A DNA stretch of 64,000 bases from a virus. The DNA is taken from IMG/VR virus record IMGVR_UViG_3300028578_000003, positions 1-64,000 of that record. One strand, written 5' to 3'. The notes under the pieces are model-generated. The model saw only the letters and a program-made list of their open reading frames with translations, did not search any database and had not been told where the DNA came from. The translations under genes were made by a program, and so were the position numbers. This document shows, in pieces, positions 29,630 through 39,768 of this stretch (position 1 is the stretch's first letter; each line of letters opens with the position of its first letter).

Positions 29630-30364
29630 TCAGGGGTGCTCTTTGGGGTCGAGCACGTCGGCGATGTCGAGCAACCGCTGCGCGGAGTCCACGTCGACGC
29701 GGATGGCGGAGCGGATCGGCCGGTCCCGGTGGTTGGTGAGCGCGTCGGTGACCGTGCGCAGCACCTGGACGGTCAGCGCCCGGTCCCGGGGTGTGAGCAG
29801 CCGCTTCTGCGGCCCGGTCGACCCGTCCGGGGCCGCCGGCCCGGCGAGGCGATTGCGCCGGGCCGCCTCCTCGTTGATGTTCAGTTCCAGGGTGTAGCCC
29901 TCGTAGGGCAGGTCCGGCTCGGTGTCCAGTCCGCAGCGGATGAAGTAGCCGTCGGGGGCATCCTCCGCCTGCTCGCACAGGTCCTCGATCGCCTCCCGGG
30001 TGGTCTTGTCCAGGACCGGGATGGGCGGGCCGCCGTCAGCCGCGATCTTCTCGCGGGCGGCGACCAGGTCGGTGCCCTCCAGGCAGCCGTCGAACCAGAT
30101 CAGGTTGTCGGCGCGGTCGAACACGGCCAGCAGGTAGATCGAGATCCCGCCGTCCTCGCTGTCGCAGCGCTCGATCACGGCCCGCCGCGCGCTTGGGCCG
30201 AACGTGTCGTGCAGCATCCGCGCGGCCGCGCACGCCAGGGTGGCGGCGTACTGGTGGTTGACCTCGCCGCGCAGGGTCGCCAGCGCCTCCCTTGCGGCCT
30301 TGTCGATCTGGCGGGCGACCTCGTGCGGGTCGGTGACCCCGACCGTTTGCGTGGTCTGAGTCAT
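29630..30364 (-). CDS. Hypothetical protein
   Basis: ATGA coupling, GGAG RBS. Confidence 0.65.
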   Translation of the reverse strand: MTQTTQTVGVTDPHEVARQIDKAAREALATLRGEVNHQYAATLACAAARMLHDTFGPSARRAVIERCDSEDGGISIYLLAVFDRADNLIWFDGCLEGTDLVAAREKIAADGGPPIPVLDKTTREAIEDLCEQAEDAPDGYFIRCGLDTEPDLPYEGYTLELNINEEAARRNRLAGPAAPDGSTGPQKRLLTPRDRALTVQVLRTVTDALTNHRDRPIRSAIRVDVDSAQRLLDIADVLDPKEHP

Positions 30365-30750
30365 GCGTGGTCTCCGCGAAGCTCGTACTGCCAGGACATG
30401 CCGTCCCAGGACTCGACGACGACGGTGCGGTCTTCGGGTGCCTCTTCGTCGTTGACGCAGACGACCAGGCGGGCGCCGACCCCTTCGTCGCGGACGTGGA
30501 TGTCGAGGCCACCGACGGTGATACCGACCGTGGTCGTGAGGCCGGCGTCCGCGTCGACCAGTCGGGGACGCAGGGCGGCGAACAGTTCCCGGTAGCGGTC
30601 GGCGAGCCGGCCGATGGAGCCGAGCGCGGCGATCAGGGCCGCGATGTCCGGGTCGGCGGGCGGGGTGGCGCTGCGCTCGTAGTGCCGCTCGGCGGCGGCG
30701 ACTCGGTCCAGTAGTTCCACGATGTCGGCGTTGCTGGGCAGTGTGCTCAT
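30361..30750 (-). CDS. Hypothetical protein
   Basis: GAAGGA RBS; first gene after the operator-embedded promoter. Confidence 0.65.
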   Translation of the reverse strand: MSTLPSNADIVELLDRVAAAERHYERSATPPADPDIAALIAALGSIGRLADRYRELFAALRPRLVDADAGLTTTVGITVGGLDIHVRDEGVGARLVVCVNDEEAPEDRTVVVESWDGMSWQYELRGDHA

Positions 30751-30781
30751 TGGGTGTCCTTCCGGGTGCGCGTTAACCGCG

Positions 30782-30824
30782 ATGGTAGTTGGGGTAACCC
30801 GACATGTCAAGTTACCCCAACTAC
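30782..30824 (-). promoter_or_regulatory. sigma70-type promoter TTGACA-17-TACCAT with inverted pair of 14-bp operators
   Basis: -35 at 30805-30810, -10 at 30782-30787; operators at 30785-30798 and 30811-30824. Confidence 0.88.
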
Positions 30825-30832
30825 CGATCGTG

Positions 30833-33800
30833 TTAGGGGGTGGCGCCGAACCCGCTGCCCATCATGGCGGCGATGCCGGCGGCGACCTCCTCTTCCAGGT
30901 TGCCCATGACCATGCCGGCGAAGTCCCCGAACTCGCCGAGGTCGATCTCGACCGCGTCGGCTTCGACGACCACGTCACCGGCGTCCTTGTTCGGTCCGGA
31001 CTTACCCGATGCGGCCTCGTTCAGCGCCGCCTCGATCTGGTCCAGCCGGGCCCGCGCCGCGGTGATCTCAGCGGCGTGCTCGAACGGCTTCTCGGCGAGC
31101 GCGTCACACTGGGTCGCCTCGGCCAGCAGCTTCGCCTCGGCGTCCCGCTGCAACGCGGCCGCGTCGGCGGCGTTCTCCAGGACCTTGCGGATCCTGTTCT
31201 TCACCTGCACCGGCTTCCAGAACCGGTAGCACAGCTCGGTCATCTGCCCGCCGCCACCGTCGATCGTCATCAGCGGCTGCGGTTCCGGTTCCTCCGCCTG
31301 CGTCTGCCACTGCCGCCAGCCGACCATCACGCCGCCGCCGATGTCGACCGGCGACACGTAGTACTTGAACCGGGCCATCGACTCGTGCAGCCGAGTGACC
31401 ATGTCGTCGTCCACCTCAACGCCCGCGCCGGCCTTGGCGATCGCCTCCCACGCGCCCGCCTCGGCGGCGTGCTTGCGGGCCTGTTGCCGCATCCGGGGCG
31501 CGTCCTTACGCATGCGGGCCACCGTCTGCCGGTGTGCACGCTCCCGCAACCGCAGCTTCTTGACCGTGGTCTCAACCTCGGCCTTCTCCTGTAGCAGCGG
31601 CTGGTCGGTGGCGGCGGCCTTGATGGCGGCGAAGCTGAGCACGTCGTCGCCGGTCACGTCCTCCACCGTGCGGTCGAGGTTCCCGCTGAGCATCTGCGAG
31701 ATGAAGGTCAGCTTCCGCGTCAGCATCTGCCACATGTAGGCGTCGAATGTCCGCTTTGTCACATACCGGAAGATCGTCACCAGCTTGTTGATGTTTCCGG
31801 GGCGCAGGCCCCGCCCGTCGCGCTGCTCCACATCCGCCGGCCGGAACGGCGCGTCGATGTGATGCATCGCGACGACCAGCCGCTGAATGTTCGTGCCCAC
31901 GCCGAGCTTGTCGGTGGAGCCGAAGATGACGTCGACCTTGCCCCGCTTGCAGTCACGGAACAGTTGCGCCTTGGCGTTGTCGTCCTTGGCGTCGTGGATG
32001 AACCGGATCCGGGATACGTCCATCCCGGCCTCGGTCAGCAACCTGCGCAGCCGGCCGTACGTCTGGTAGTCGACGACCGTGGCGCCCTTGCGTTTGGTCG
32101 GGGTGCCGATGTCCAGGAACGCGATCTGCAGCTTGCCCGGGTGCTGCTGCCACGTGGAGATGATGTTCTCGGCGACGACGTGGAGCTTGTGGTAGCCGTC
32201 GTCGTCCAACCCGACCAGCGTCGGGTCGGTGGCCATCCTGCGCCCGTCGGAGCAGATCTTCAGCATGTTGTCGCAGCCCGGCCCGGGGAACCGGCCCTGC
32301 GAGCGGACATCCTCGGCCCGGTCGACCAGGTCGGAGGAGTACCACTGCTGCGTGTCGGTGGGCTCCACCGGCACGATTCGCAGCTCGGAGGCCGGCCGCT
32401 TGAGACCCAGCTGCTCGGCGGTGCGGATGTCCGCCACCTGTGAGAGCAGCACCCGCAGCTCCGGCGCGTTGACGAACTCCGCCGGCCGGGTCCGCATCTG
32501 GAAGTCGCCGCCGTCGACCGTCACCTCAGCCGAGGAGACGAACCGCACGTAGGCGGCCGCCCACTCATCGGCCGACCCGATCCCGATCTGCTTGAGGTAC
32601 GGCCGCATCGTGTAGTGCATGCACACGTACAGCTCCAGCATCGTGTTGGAGATCGGTGTGCCGGAGAACAGCGACGCGTGCGGGCCGCCGGAGTTGCGGG
32701 CCCGCAGGTACCGCAGCTTCATGTCCAGGTCGGTCGCCCGCTTCGACGGCCGGACACTGAAACCCTCAGTCCGGCAAGGGATCGACAGGTTCTTGTAGTA
32801 GTGGAACTCGTCGACGCACACGTAGTCGACGCCGAGTTGCTCGAACCGGATGCCCACGTCCCGGCCCTTGGCGGTGTGCCGCAACTCCTTGATGTTGGCC
32901 CGCAGCCGGTCGAGCAGCTTCGCCGCGTTCTTGACCATGCGGCCCTTGAGCGACCCGCCGGCACCCTCGACCAGGCCCTCGTACAGGTCCTGCTCCTGGT
33001 CGGAGACGTACCGGGCCTGCGTCTCAGGGTCGACGTCCATCAGGTTGAACGCCGAGTGCGTGACCAGCACGATGTCCCAGTCACCGGTCGTGCAGCGGGC
33101 GGTGAACGACCGCCGCTTGCGGGCGGACCCCCGCTTGTCCTTGCCTTTGAACGTGGACGATGACGCCGACAGGATCCTCGCGGCCGGGAACAGCTGCCGG
33201 ATCTCCCGGTCGATCTGCTCGATCAGGTGGTTGGGCACCACGATCATCGGCTTACGGACCAGGCCAGCCTGCTTGAGCTTGATGGCGACCATCGCCATGA
33301 TGTTCGTCTTGCCGGCCCCGACCGGTAGCCCGCACAGCGCCGCCGAGGTCACCAGCGCCCGCGCCACGTACTCCGGCTGGTGGGCGTACGGCTTGAACCC
33401 CGGCGCGATCCCGTCGATGGTGATGTGCTCGCCGGAGAACTTGCGTGGTGCCAGGTTGTTGTACCGGTGGTTGTAGAGCGTCACCAGCCGGTCGGTCCGC
33501 TCCGGGCACTCCCACACCCACTCGCTGAACCGGGCCCGCAGCTCCTGCTGCTTCTCGGCGGCGAGCATCGACGCCTCTTGATCCTTGACCGACTTCGGTT
33601 CGCCGTCGTCGTCGTACACCGTCTTGTACACGGCCGGGGTCTTGCCGTTGAGGGCCAGCTGGACCAGCTTGAACGCGTCGACTTTCGCGGTACCCCACTC
33701 CGCCGACGCGGCCACACTGTTACGCAGCGCGCCCTGCGCCTCGATCTCCCAGTTGTTGCCGGACGACACCCGCTTGACGGTGGCGGAGTAGCCGATCACC

Positions 33801-35797
33801 TCGGCGATGAACGTCTTGACGTCGGTTGGCCCGATCCACGGCGTGCCGAGGTTCGCGACGATCTCACCCGGCCCCAGCCAGCGGGGCAGCACCTTCTCCA
33901 GCGCGGCCGTGTTGCGGGCGAACTGGGCGTCGTGCTTGGTCGCCGTCTGCGCGGCCAGCAGCTTGCCGCGCACGTCACCCGAGCAGTACTCCTCGGCGAT
34001 CACCCAACGGCGGGTGGTCGGGTCGAGGAACACCGTCTCGCCGAGCAGCCCGGCTACCTCGGCGAGCGCCGAGTCCCGCTCGTCGCCGAGCGGGCCGGGG
34101 ATCGGCCGACGCAGCAGCCGGGCGATGTACGCCAGATCCACCTTGCCGGCGTTGCGGTCCAGACACCATGCGAGCGCCTGTTGCGGGTCGTCGGTGGTGG
34201 TGTGCCGCACCGGCGGCACGTTCTGCCGCGCCGTTTGGATCGGTGCCGGTGCCGCCCGTACACCCGCGTCGGCCTCGTCGGCGTCGCCGTCATCGTCGGC
34301 GAACACCTCCAGCGCGTACACCAGCGGCGCGTCGGGGTCCTCACGGAACCCCTGCACGGTCGGGTAGACCCGCGACCACAACTGCTCACCGGTCTCCGGA
34401 TCGACGCCCGCGGCCCGCTGCGTGTACCTGTTCAACGGACCGTGGTGCTTGACGTAGTCCTCGTAGGCGGCCCGCACGTCGGCGCGGATCGGCTCGGTCA
34501 CCGAGTCGGTGTTGCTGTGGTCGGCCTCCGCCTTGACCAGATCGACGGCCAGGTCCCGCAGCCGCAGCAGCCGCAGCAGTTCCGGTCCCGGCCGGGGCAG
34601 CGGCTGCGCCTTGCCCTCGGTGACGACCAGCACCCCACCGTCGCCGGTGAGCCGCATCGTGCCCTCGTGCCAGCCCTCCTTGGACACGACCCCGGCCGCC
34701 TCCACGTCGAACACCGTCGGGTCCGGCGGCGCGGTCCACATCAGGTTCCGCTCCCGCGCCGCCGGCACCAACTCCCGCCGCACGAAGGTGCGCAACTGCT
34801 CGACCACGTCCTTGCCGTTCGGCTCGACCAGCAACCCGAGCCCGTACCGGTTCGTGGATCCGCGCTTCATGGTGCCGAGCACCGCGCCCGGCTCCTCGGT
34901 CCACCACTCGTTGATCGGCACATCAGCGCCGTACGTCGCGACGTCCGACTTCTGCCAGCCGTGCCCGTACGAGCGCCGCTTGGTGCCGCCCTTGCGGCGC
35001 AGGATCACGATGTCCGCCGCCACGTCGGTGCCACCCTCAAGCGCCCCGTTGGGCAGCCGCACCGCGCCGACGAAGTCCGCGTCCTCACCGATCGCCGCGC
35101 GCGGCTGCCAGTCGTAGGCGTCCATCGTGTACCGGCTGGTCAGCAGCACCGCGTACCCGCCGGGGGTGAGCGCCTGCGTCGCCCGCCAGATGAAGTAGTT
35201 GTGCAGGCTGTCGACCACGTGTCCCGGTGCGGTCGGGTCGAACAGCTTCACGTCACCGAACGGCACATTGCCGACCACGGCGGCGAAGTCCGACCCCACG
35301 CTCACCTCCTCCAGCGGCGCGTTGATGACCCGCGCGTGGGGGTTGAGCAGCTTGCAGATCGCGGCCGCCGTCGGGTCACGGTCGACACCAACCAGCGGCA
35401 CCCCGTCCGGCGCGGTGGCCAGGAACACCCCGGCGCCGCACCCGAGCTCCGCCACCGGCCCGCCGTCGAACCCGAACATTCCGAGCACGTCCCACATCGC
35501 CGCCGCGATGGGGCGGGGCGTGTAGAACGCGTTGTACGTGCCCCGCATACCGAGCTGCACGTCCTGCTCGGGCAGCGCGGCCTTGATCCGCTCGGCCATG
35601 TCCGCCCACGCCTGCTCCTCCGGAGCGAACGCCTTGGCCAGCGGCCCCCAGCCGGAGAACCCGGCCAGGATCACCCGCTCCGCGTCGGTGGCCACCGTGC
35701 GTGCCTGCTCACGGATCCGGGCCAGCGCCTCGATCGCGGCGACCGAGGCGCGTGCTCTGCCGATCGCGCCGACTCCCTTTCCTGCCTGTTCGGTCAT
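30833..35797 (-). CDS. DarB-like DNA methyltransferase-SNF2 helicase fusion
   Basis: AFYTP, ELGCGAG and GNVPF (MTase); VGAGKT, VDEFHYYKN, SGTPISN, GVGTNIQ and QRDGRGLRPGN (SF2 helicase). Confidence 0.92.
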   Translation of the reverse strand: MTEQAGKGVGAIGRARASVAAIEALARIREQARTVATDAERVILAGFSGWGPLAKAFAPEEQAWADMAERIKAALPEQDVQLGMRGTYNAFYTPRPIAAAMWDVLGMFGFDGGPVAELGCGAGVFLATAPDGVPLVGVDRDPTAAAICKLLNPHARVINAPLEEVSVGSDFAAVVGNVPFGDVKLFDPTAPGHVVDSLHNYFIWRATQALTPGGYAVLLTSRYTMDAYDWQPRAAIGEDADFVGAVRLPNGALEGGTDVAADIVILRRKGGTKRRSYGHGWQKSDVATYGADVPINEWWTEEPGAVLGTMKRGSTNRYGLGLLVEPNGKDVVEQLRTFVRRELVPAARERNLMWTAPPDPTVFDVEAAGVVSKEGWHEGTMRLTGDGGVLVVTEGKAQPLPRPGPELLRLLRLRDLAVDLVKAEADHSNTDSVTEPIRADVRAAYEDYVKHHGPLNRYTQRAAGVDPETGEQLWSRVYPTVQGFREDPDAPLVYALEVFADDDGDADEADAGVRAAPAPIQTARQNVPPVRHTTTDDPQQALAWCLDRNAGKVDLAYIARLLRRPIPGPLGDERDSALAEVAGLLGETVFLDPTTRRWVIAEEYCSGDVRGKLLAAQTATKHDAQFARNTAALEKVLPRWLGPGEIVANLGTPWIGPTDVKTFIAEVIGYSATVKRVSSGNNWEIEAQGALRNSVAASAEWGTAKVDAFKLVQLALNGKTPAVYKTVYDDDGEPKSVKDQEASMLAAEKQQELRARFSEWVWECPERTDRLVTLYNHRYNNLAPRKFSGEHITIDGIAPGFKPYAHQPEYVARALVTSAALCGLPVGAGKTNIMAMVAIKLKQAGLVRKPMIVVPNHLIEQIDREIRQLFPAARILSASSSTFKGKDKRGSARKRRSFTARCTTGDWDIVLVTHSAFNLMDVDPETQARYVSDQEQDLYEGLVEGAGGSLKGRMVKNAAKLLDRLRANIKELRHTAKGRDVGIRFEQLGVDYVCVDEFHYYKNLSIPCRTEGFSVRPSKRATDLDMKLRYLRARNSGGPHASLFSGTPISNTMLELYVCMHYTMRPYLKQIGIGSADEWAAAYVRFVSSAEVTVDGGDFQMRTRPAEFVNAPELRVLLSQVADIRTAEQLGLKRPASELRIVPVEPTDTQQWYSSDLVDRAEDVRSQGRFPGPGCDNMLKICSDGRRMATDPTLVGLDDDGYHKLHVVAENIISTWQQHPGKLQIAFLDIGTPTKRKGATVVDYQTYGRLRRLLTEAGMDVSRIRFIHDAKDDNAKAQLFRDCKRGKVDVIFGSTDKLGVGTNIQRLVVAMHHIDAPFRPADVEQRDGRGLRPGNINKLVTIFRYVTKRTFDAYMWQMLTRKLTFISQMLSGNLDRTVEDVTGDDVLSFAAIKAAATDQPLLQEKAEVETTVKKLRLRERAHRQTVARMRKDAPRMRQQARKHAAEAGAWEAIAKAGAGVEVDDDMVTRLHESMARFKYYVSPVDIGGGVMVGWRQWQTQAEEPEPQPLMTIDGGGGQMTELCYRFWKPVQVKNRIRKVLENAADAAALQRDAEAKLLAEATQCDALAEKPFEHAAEITAARARLDQIEAALNEAASGKSGPNKDAGDVVVEADAVEIDLGEFGDFAGMVMGNLEEEVAAGIAAMMGSGFGATP

Positions 35798-35892
35798 GTC
35801 GCTTCCCTTCATTCGTCCGACACGACACGGCGGGCCGCCCGGACGCCCCGTGACGCCCGGACCTCCCACCGACCCGCACCGGGCCGAGACTT

Positions 35893-35906
35893 GTTACCCC
35901 AACTAC
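35893..35906. promoter_or_regulatory. Single 14-bp operator copy
   Basis: Exact GTTACCCCAACTAC in the intergenic region upstream of the DarB-like gene. Confidence 0.75.
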
Positions 35907-36027
35907 TGGTGAGGTTCGACCCACAGCGGCGACGCCGCCCACAACACCGTCAGCACCACCGTCAGCACCACCGCCACAAGCAGCGCCGACTGCGCGCTCT
36001 TGGGTATGGCCCGCCACACCCGCCGCA

Positions 36028-36594
36028 TTACTGCTCTCCTGCCTGGCCAGTGCGACGCTTGCTGCGCCGCAGCCACTCGGGCGCGGGCCTGGCATTCGGG
36101 AACTCCCGGCCCGCCTTACGCGCCTTGGCGACCAGCTGCGAGACCAGACCGTCGCTGAACCCGCACACCCGACCTGCCTTGCGGTACGACAGACCGGCCG
36201 CCACGAGATCCAGAGCGATCTCATGGCGGCGGTTGACCAGCGCGGTGTGCCGCTTCTCGACCGCGTCGAGCTCCACGCGGAGCTGCTTTGCTTCGAGAGT
36301 CAGCGTGGCCACGACATCCACCGCCGCCACGTACCGGACGTTCGTCTCGACCTCGTAGACGAGGCCGCGGTTACGGGCCCACGCGATCGCGGCGTCCAGG
36401 TCGTACGCCCATGGCGACTTGCTGTCGGACAGCAGCTTCGGCTCGCCGGCCGCCCACTGCTTCCACCGGCCCAGCCCGTACCGCTCCAGCCCCAGCGCCT
36501 GCTCCAGATCGCGCCACTGCTCCTCGGTCTGGACCCCGTGGAGCATGACGGTCCGTTCGATGACCTCACCGTCGCCGTAGACCGCCGCGCTCAT
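36028..36594 (-). CDS. Protein with coiled coil and C-terminal HTH
   Basis: GLSYRKAGRVCGFSDGLVSQLV. Confidence 0.7.
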   Translation of the reverse strand: MSAAVYGDGEVIERTVMLHGVQTEEQWRDLEQALGLERYGLGRWKQWAAGEPKLLSDSKSPWAYDLDAAIAWARNRGLVYEVETNVRYVAAVDVVATLTLEAKQLRVELDAVEKRHTALVNRRHEIALDLVAAGLSYRKAGRVCGFSDGLVSQLVAKARKAGREFPNARPAPEWLRRSKRRTGQAGEQ

Positions 36595-37190
36595 CGCGCG
36601 GCCACCTGGTCGGACGCGTACGGGGCGAGCACGGCCGCCTGCGCCCGCTCAACCGTGGAGGCGCTGGCCGTGGCGGACCACAGCCCCTGCTCCCAGCGGT
36701 CGTCGTCGCGCGTGTCCTCGACCGTGCCGGGCACGTGGTAGTCGACCACGATGTGGTCGTCCTGCCAGTGCCCGAAGAACGTGAACGTCCGCACCCACCG
36801 GTCGACCGCCTGGTCCATGAGGATTCGCGCCATCCGCAGCACCGTGTGCGCCGGCACGGCCGTGCTGTCGGTCAGCCCCCGCGACAGCTCGTCGTCGTGG
36901 GTGCTGGTCGGGGACGAGTAGACGATGATCCGCCAGCCCTTCAGCCCGTCCCAGATCAGGTCGGCGACCGGGCCGCCGAGGTCCACCTGGATCACGTGGT
37001 CGGGGTAGTCGAACACGGTCGGGCCCTCGACGTACGTCTTGCTCACCTCGTACCCGACCCCGGACACCGCCTCAGCCACGCCGGCGACGTAGCGGGCATC
37101 CTCCGCCAACTTCCGCCTCTGCGCGTCGGGCACGTACACGCCCAGCTCATGCCCGCCGTCCTGGCCGGGAAAGCCACCCATAGAAGCCAT
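36591..37190 (-). CDS. Hypothetical protein
   Basis: GAGGGG RBS; ATGA coupling. Confidence 0.65.
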   Translation of the reverse strand: MASMGGFPGQDGGHELGVYVPDAQRRKLAEDARYVAGVAEAVSGVGYEVSKTYVEGPTVFDYPDHVIQVDLGGPVADLIWDGLKGWRIIVYSSPTSTHDDELSRGLTDSTAVPAHTVLRMARILMDQAVDRWVRTFTFFGHWQDDHIVVDYHVPGTVEDTRDDDRWEQGLWSATASASTVERAQAAVLAPYASDQVAAR

Positions 37191-37275
37191 GCCTTACCCC
37201 TCTCGTTGGTCGTGCCCGTCTGGCACGACTCGGCGGGCGGCCCGACCCCCGTGTCGGGCTTCCCACCGGGCCGTA

Positions 37276-37623
37276 TCAGCCCACCGGCGCGCACTGGGCG
37301 AACAGCGCCCGGACCGTGCGCCGGCCCAGTGGCAGCACCCACTCGGTCGGCGTGGTGAAGTGGGCACCGGCGCAGGCCCGGCACAGCACGTCACCGGGCT
37401 GCCCGTCGCGCAGCCGCACCTGAGCCGCCCGGTCGCAGTACTCGCAGGCCAGCGCGAACCGCCAGTTACGCGGGTCCACCACAACCGCCGACCGCTCCCC
37501 GTCGAACCGGATCAGCAGGCCCGCCGGGCCGGACCACGCGACAGCCGTCGCGCACAGGCCGTCCGCGCCCCACAGCCTCGCGCCCGGATTGAGCGCCACC
37601 ATCGTTGCCATGGCCGCGCTCAC
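37276..37623 (-). CDS. Hypothetical protein with CxxC pairs
   Basis: CEYC and CRAC motifs; GTGA overlap. Confidence 0.55.
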   Translation of the reverse strand: MSAAMATMVALNPGARLWGADGLCATAVAWSGPAGLLIRFDGERSAVVVDPRNWRFALACEYCDRAAQVRLRDGQPGDVLCRACAGAHFTTPTEWVLPLGRRTVRALFAQCAPVG

Positions 37624-38057
37624 ACCCAGGTGCCCTGGCAGTTGGCCTCTCGGCACGTCTCGCCGGGGTCGGCGCCGCACTCGGTGCAGCCTTGGTGCTC
37701 GACGAGCTGCGCCGCGCCGAACATCGCGCCGACCGTCGCGTCGGCCATGTTGAGCGTGATCGCCACGGACGTTTCCAGCATCGGGGTGGTCGTCTGCTCC
37801 TCACGGGTCGCCGCGAGCCGCGTGGTGAGGCGGAACGACTCGACCAGCGTCGCCGGCACGACCGCCCGCAGGTGGTCCGGACGCTCGCCATCCCACGCCG
37901 GCGCCTCAACCAGCCCGGCCGGGCCGTACACCGACCGCAGCGGTTCGAGCAGGTACAGGCCGGCGGGGATCGCGTACTCGTCGGACGCGACGAGCGGCGA
38001 GCCGATGACGATCATCGTCGCCTCGCGGAACAGCAGGGCCAAAGGCTTGATCTGCAT
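37620..38057 (-). CDS. Hypothetical protein with C-terminal Zn-finger
   Basis: CTECGADPGETC; AAGGAG RBS. Confidence 0.65.
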   Translation of the reverse strand: MQIKPLALLFREATMIVIGSPLVASDEYAIPAGLYLLEPLRSVYGPAGLVEAPAWDGERPDHLRAVVPATLVESFRLTTRLAATREEQTTTPMLETSVAITLNMADATVGAMFGAAQLVEHQGCTECGADPGETCREANCQGTWV

Positions 38058-38168
38058 GCGTTGCTCCTTAGCTAGGGACCGTGGCCGACTCGTGCCGGAC
38101 CCACTCGGCGATCCGCCCACGCTCGGCCACATGGCCGAGCGTGGGCGGATCACTGGGCAGCGCCGGGT

Positions 38169-38609
38169 TTAGAGCGTGTCGTCCTCCGTCAGCTCGTTGT
38201 GCCTGTCGACCCACGCGGCGACCCGCGTCAGGTCCTCGTCGGTCGGGTAGTGGGCGAAGGACTCGTCCTCGGTCAGGCACGCGTCGGTACCCGCGTCGTG
38301 GACGTCGTACGACACCGGCCCGCCGTTCCACCGCAGCTCGACCACGTAGACCGGTCGGCCCCGCACCCGCCGCCCGTCGGCATACCTGCGCTCACCCACC
38401 ACCCGCGAGCCCGGCGGTATCTCTCGCCGCGCGGTCGGCTGTTCGGCCGGCCCCTCGACGACGTGGCACGGCTCCGACCAGTGCGTGTGACACGGCGGGA
38501 CGCAGAACGTGGGGCCGCCCTCGAACCCGGCCGGCTTGGGGGCGAACCGGTGCGGGATGCCGGAGAAGATCGGTGGAACGTCCGGCCACACCACGTTCAG
38601 CCCGCTCAC
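38169..38609 (-). CDS. Hypothetical protein
   Basis: GTGA overlap. Confidence 0.55.
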   Translation of the reverse strand: MSGLNVVWPDVPPIFSGIPHRFAPKPAGFEGGPTFCVPPCHTHWSEPCHVVEGPAEQPTARREIPPGSRVVGERRYADGRRVRGRPVYVVELRWNGGPVSYDVHDAGTDACLTEDESFAHYPTDEDLTRVAAWVDRHNELTEDDTL

Positions 38610-39025
38610 ACCGTCACCAGCACCCGGCCGACGACCTCGAACGCCGCCGCCTCGGTGCGCTGGGCGTACCAGGTGGCCCGGGAGTGGTCGGCGGCGTCGA
38701 CGATCTGCTGCCAGTACGCGCGGTGCTCGTCGCCGTTGATCCCGGAGCGCAGCTCCTTCGCGGTCGCCTCGATCACCCACTCCAGCGCCTGCTCCAGCGC
38801 CGGCACCCCCGCGCTGCTGTCCAGCGCCGCGCTGGTCTCCTCGAACCCGGGGATGCCGGGAGCGAAGGAGAGCATCCCCGCGAGCCGCTCGTCGGCACGA
38901 TGGCCGGGCGTCTCCAGCTGCACCAGCGTGCGGACGACCCGACCGTTCGCGGTGTCCCCGATCACGGACAGACTCCAGCCCTGGAAGCGGCCGCGGTAGA
39001 AAGTGATGCTCCTGCTGCTCGACAT
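38606..39025 (-). CDS. Hypothetical protein
   Basis: AAGGAG RBS before MSSSRS. Confidence 0.65.
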   Translation of the reverse strand: MSSSRSITFYRGRFQGWSLSVIGDTANGRVVRTLVQLETPGHRADERLAGMLSFAPGIPGFEETSAALDSSAGVPALEQALEWVIEATAKELRSGINGDEHRAYWQQIVDAADHSRATWYAQRTEAAAFEVVGRVLVTV

Positions 39026-39357
39026 GCTGTTCTCCTTCGATCTGGGTAGGTGGCCGGTCGTGCACCGGGACCACTCGGCACCCGGCCGCCGTGAGGCGGT
39101 CGAGCACCGGGCAGCACCGACAACCCGCCCGGTACGCCCTTTGGCAGCACCGTGCGGGGCCTTACCGCGCTGCTCGCACCAAGGCGGCCGATGCCACCCC
39201 GCTACGCTTTCCAGCCGCCGATGCGGCGGCGCCGCTTCGACCAGCTGAAAAGCGGCTTGGCGTTGCGCGTCCCCGCCGCCTTCCGGTGGCTGACGGTCCG
39301 GTGCCGGGAAATGCTCCGGCCGCAACTGCTCATGGTGTGGTTCATGGGTGGCCCCTC

Positions 39358-39651
39358 TCAGGCGTAGGTGATGCTGTCGATGAGTCGGCTGTGCCGGTCG
39401 CGGGAGCTCTCGCCGTCGCGGCGACCCGGCCGCGTGTAGTGAGTGCCGCCGCCGGAGCTGACCGGGCCAGCGGGCATGTCGGTGCGCGCAGTGGTGCCCG
39501 GCACCCGGACCCCGTCCGGGTAGAAGACACCCGCGACCTGGTTATTCAGCGTGACCACGACACCGCTGCACCCGTTGCGTCGTGCTGGCGCCAGACCGGT
39601 GATCCGCTTGCCGTTCAGGAAGGCCCCACGGCGCAGGTCTTTCGGGAACAT
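39358..39651 (-). CDS. Hypothetical protein
   Basis: GAGGAG RBS. Confidence 0.6.
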   Translation of the reverse strand: MFPKDLRRGAFLNGKRITGLAPARRNGCSGVVVTLNNQVAGVFYPDGVRVPGTTARTDMPAGPVSSGGGTHYTRPGRRDGESSRDRHSRLIDSITYA

Positions 39652-39750
39652 GCCGACTCCTCGTGTCGCTGCGTACCGCTCTGGCACGACACGGCGGGCC
39701 GCCCGGACGCGAGTGCGCCCGGACTTCCCACCGGTACCGCGTCAGGTCGT

Positions 39751-39764
39751 GTTACCCCAACTAC
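39751..39764. promoter_or_regulatory. Single 14-bp operator copy
   Basis: Exact GTTACCCCAACTAC just after the stop of the first early gene. Confidence 0.75.
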
Positions 39765-39768
39765 CGCG

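Noticed and set aside
33380-36358. 992-aa plus-strand ORF
   Set aside because: Antisense shadow of the DarB-like gene, typical of high-GC DNA.
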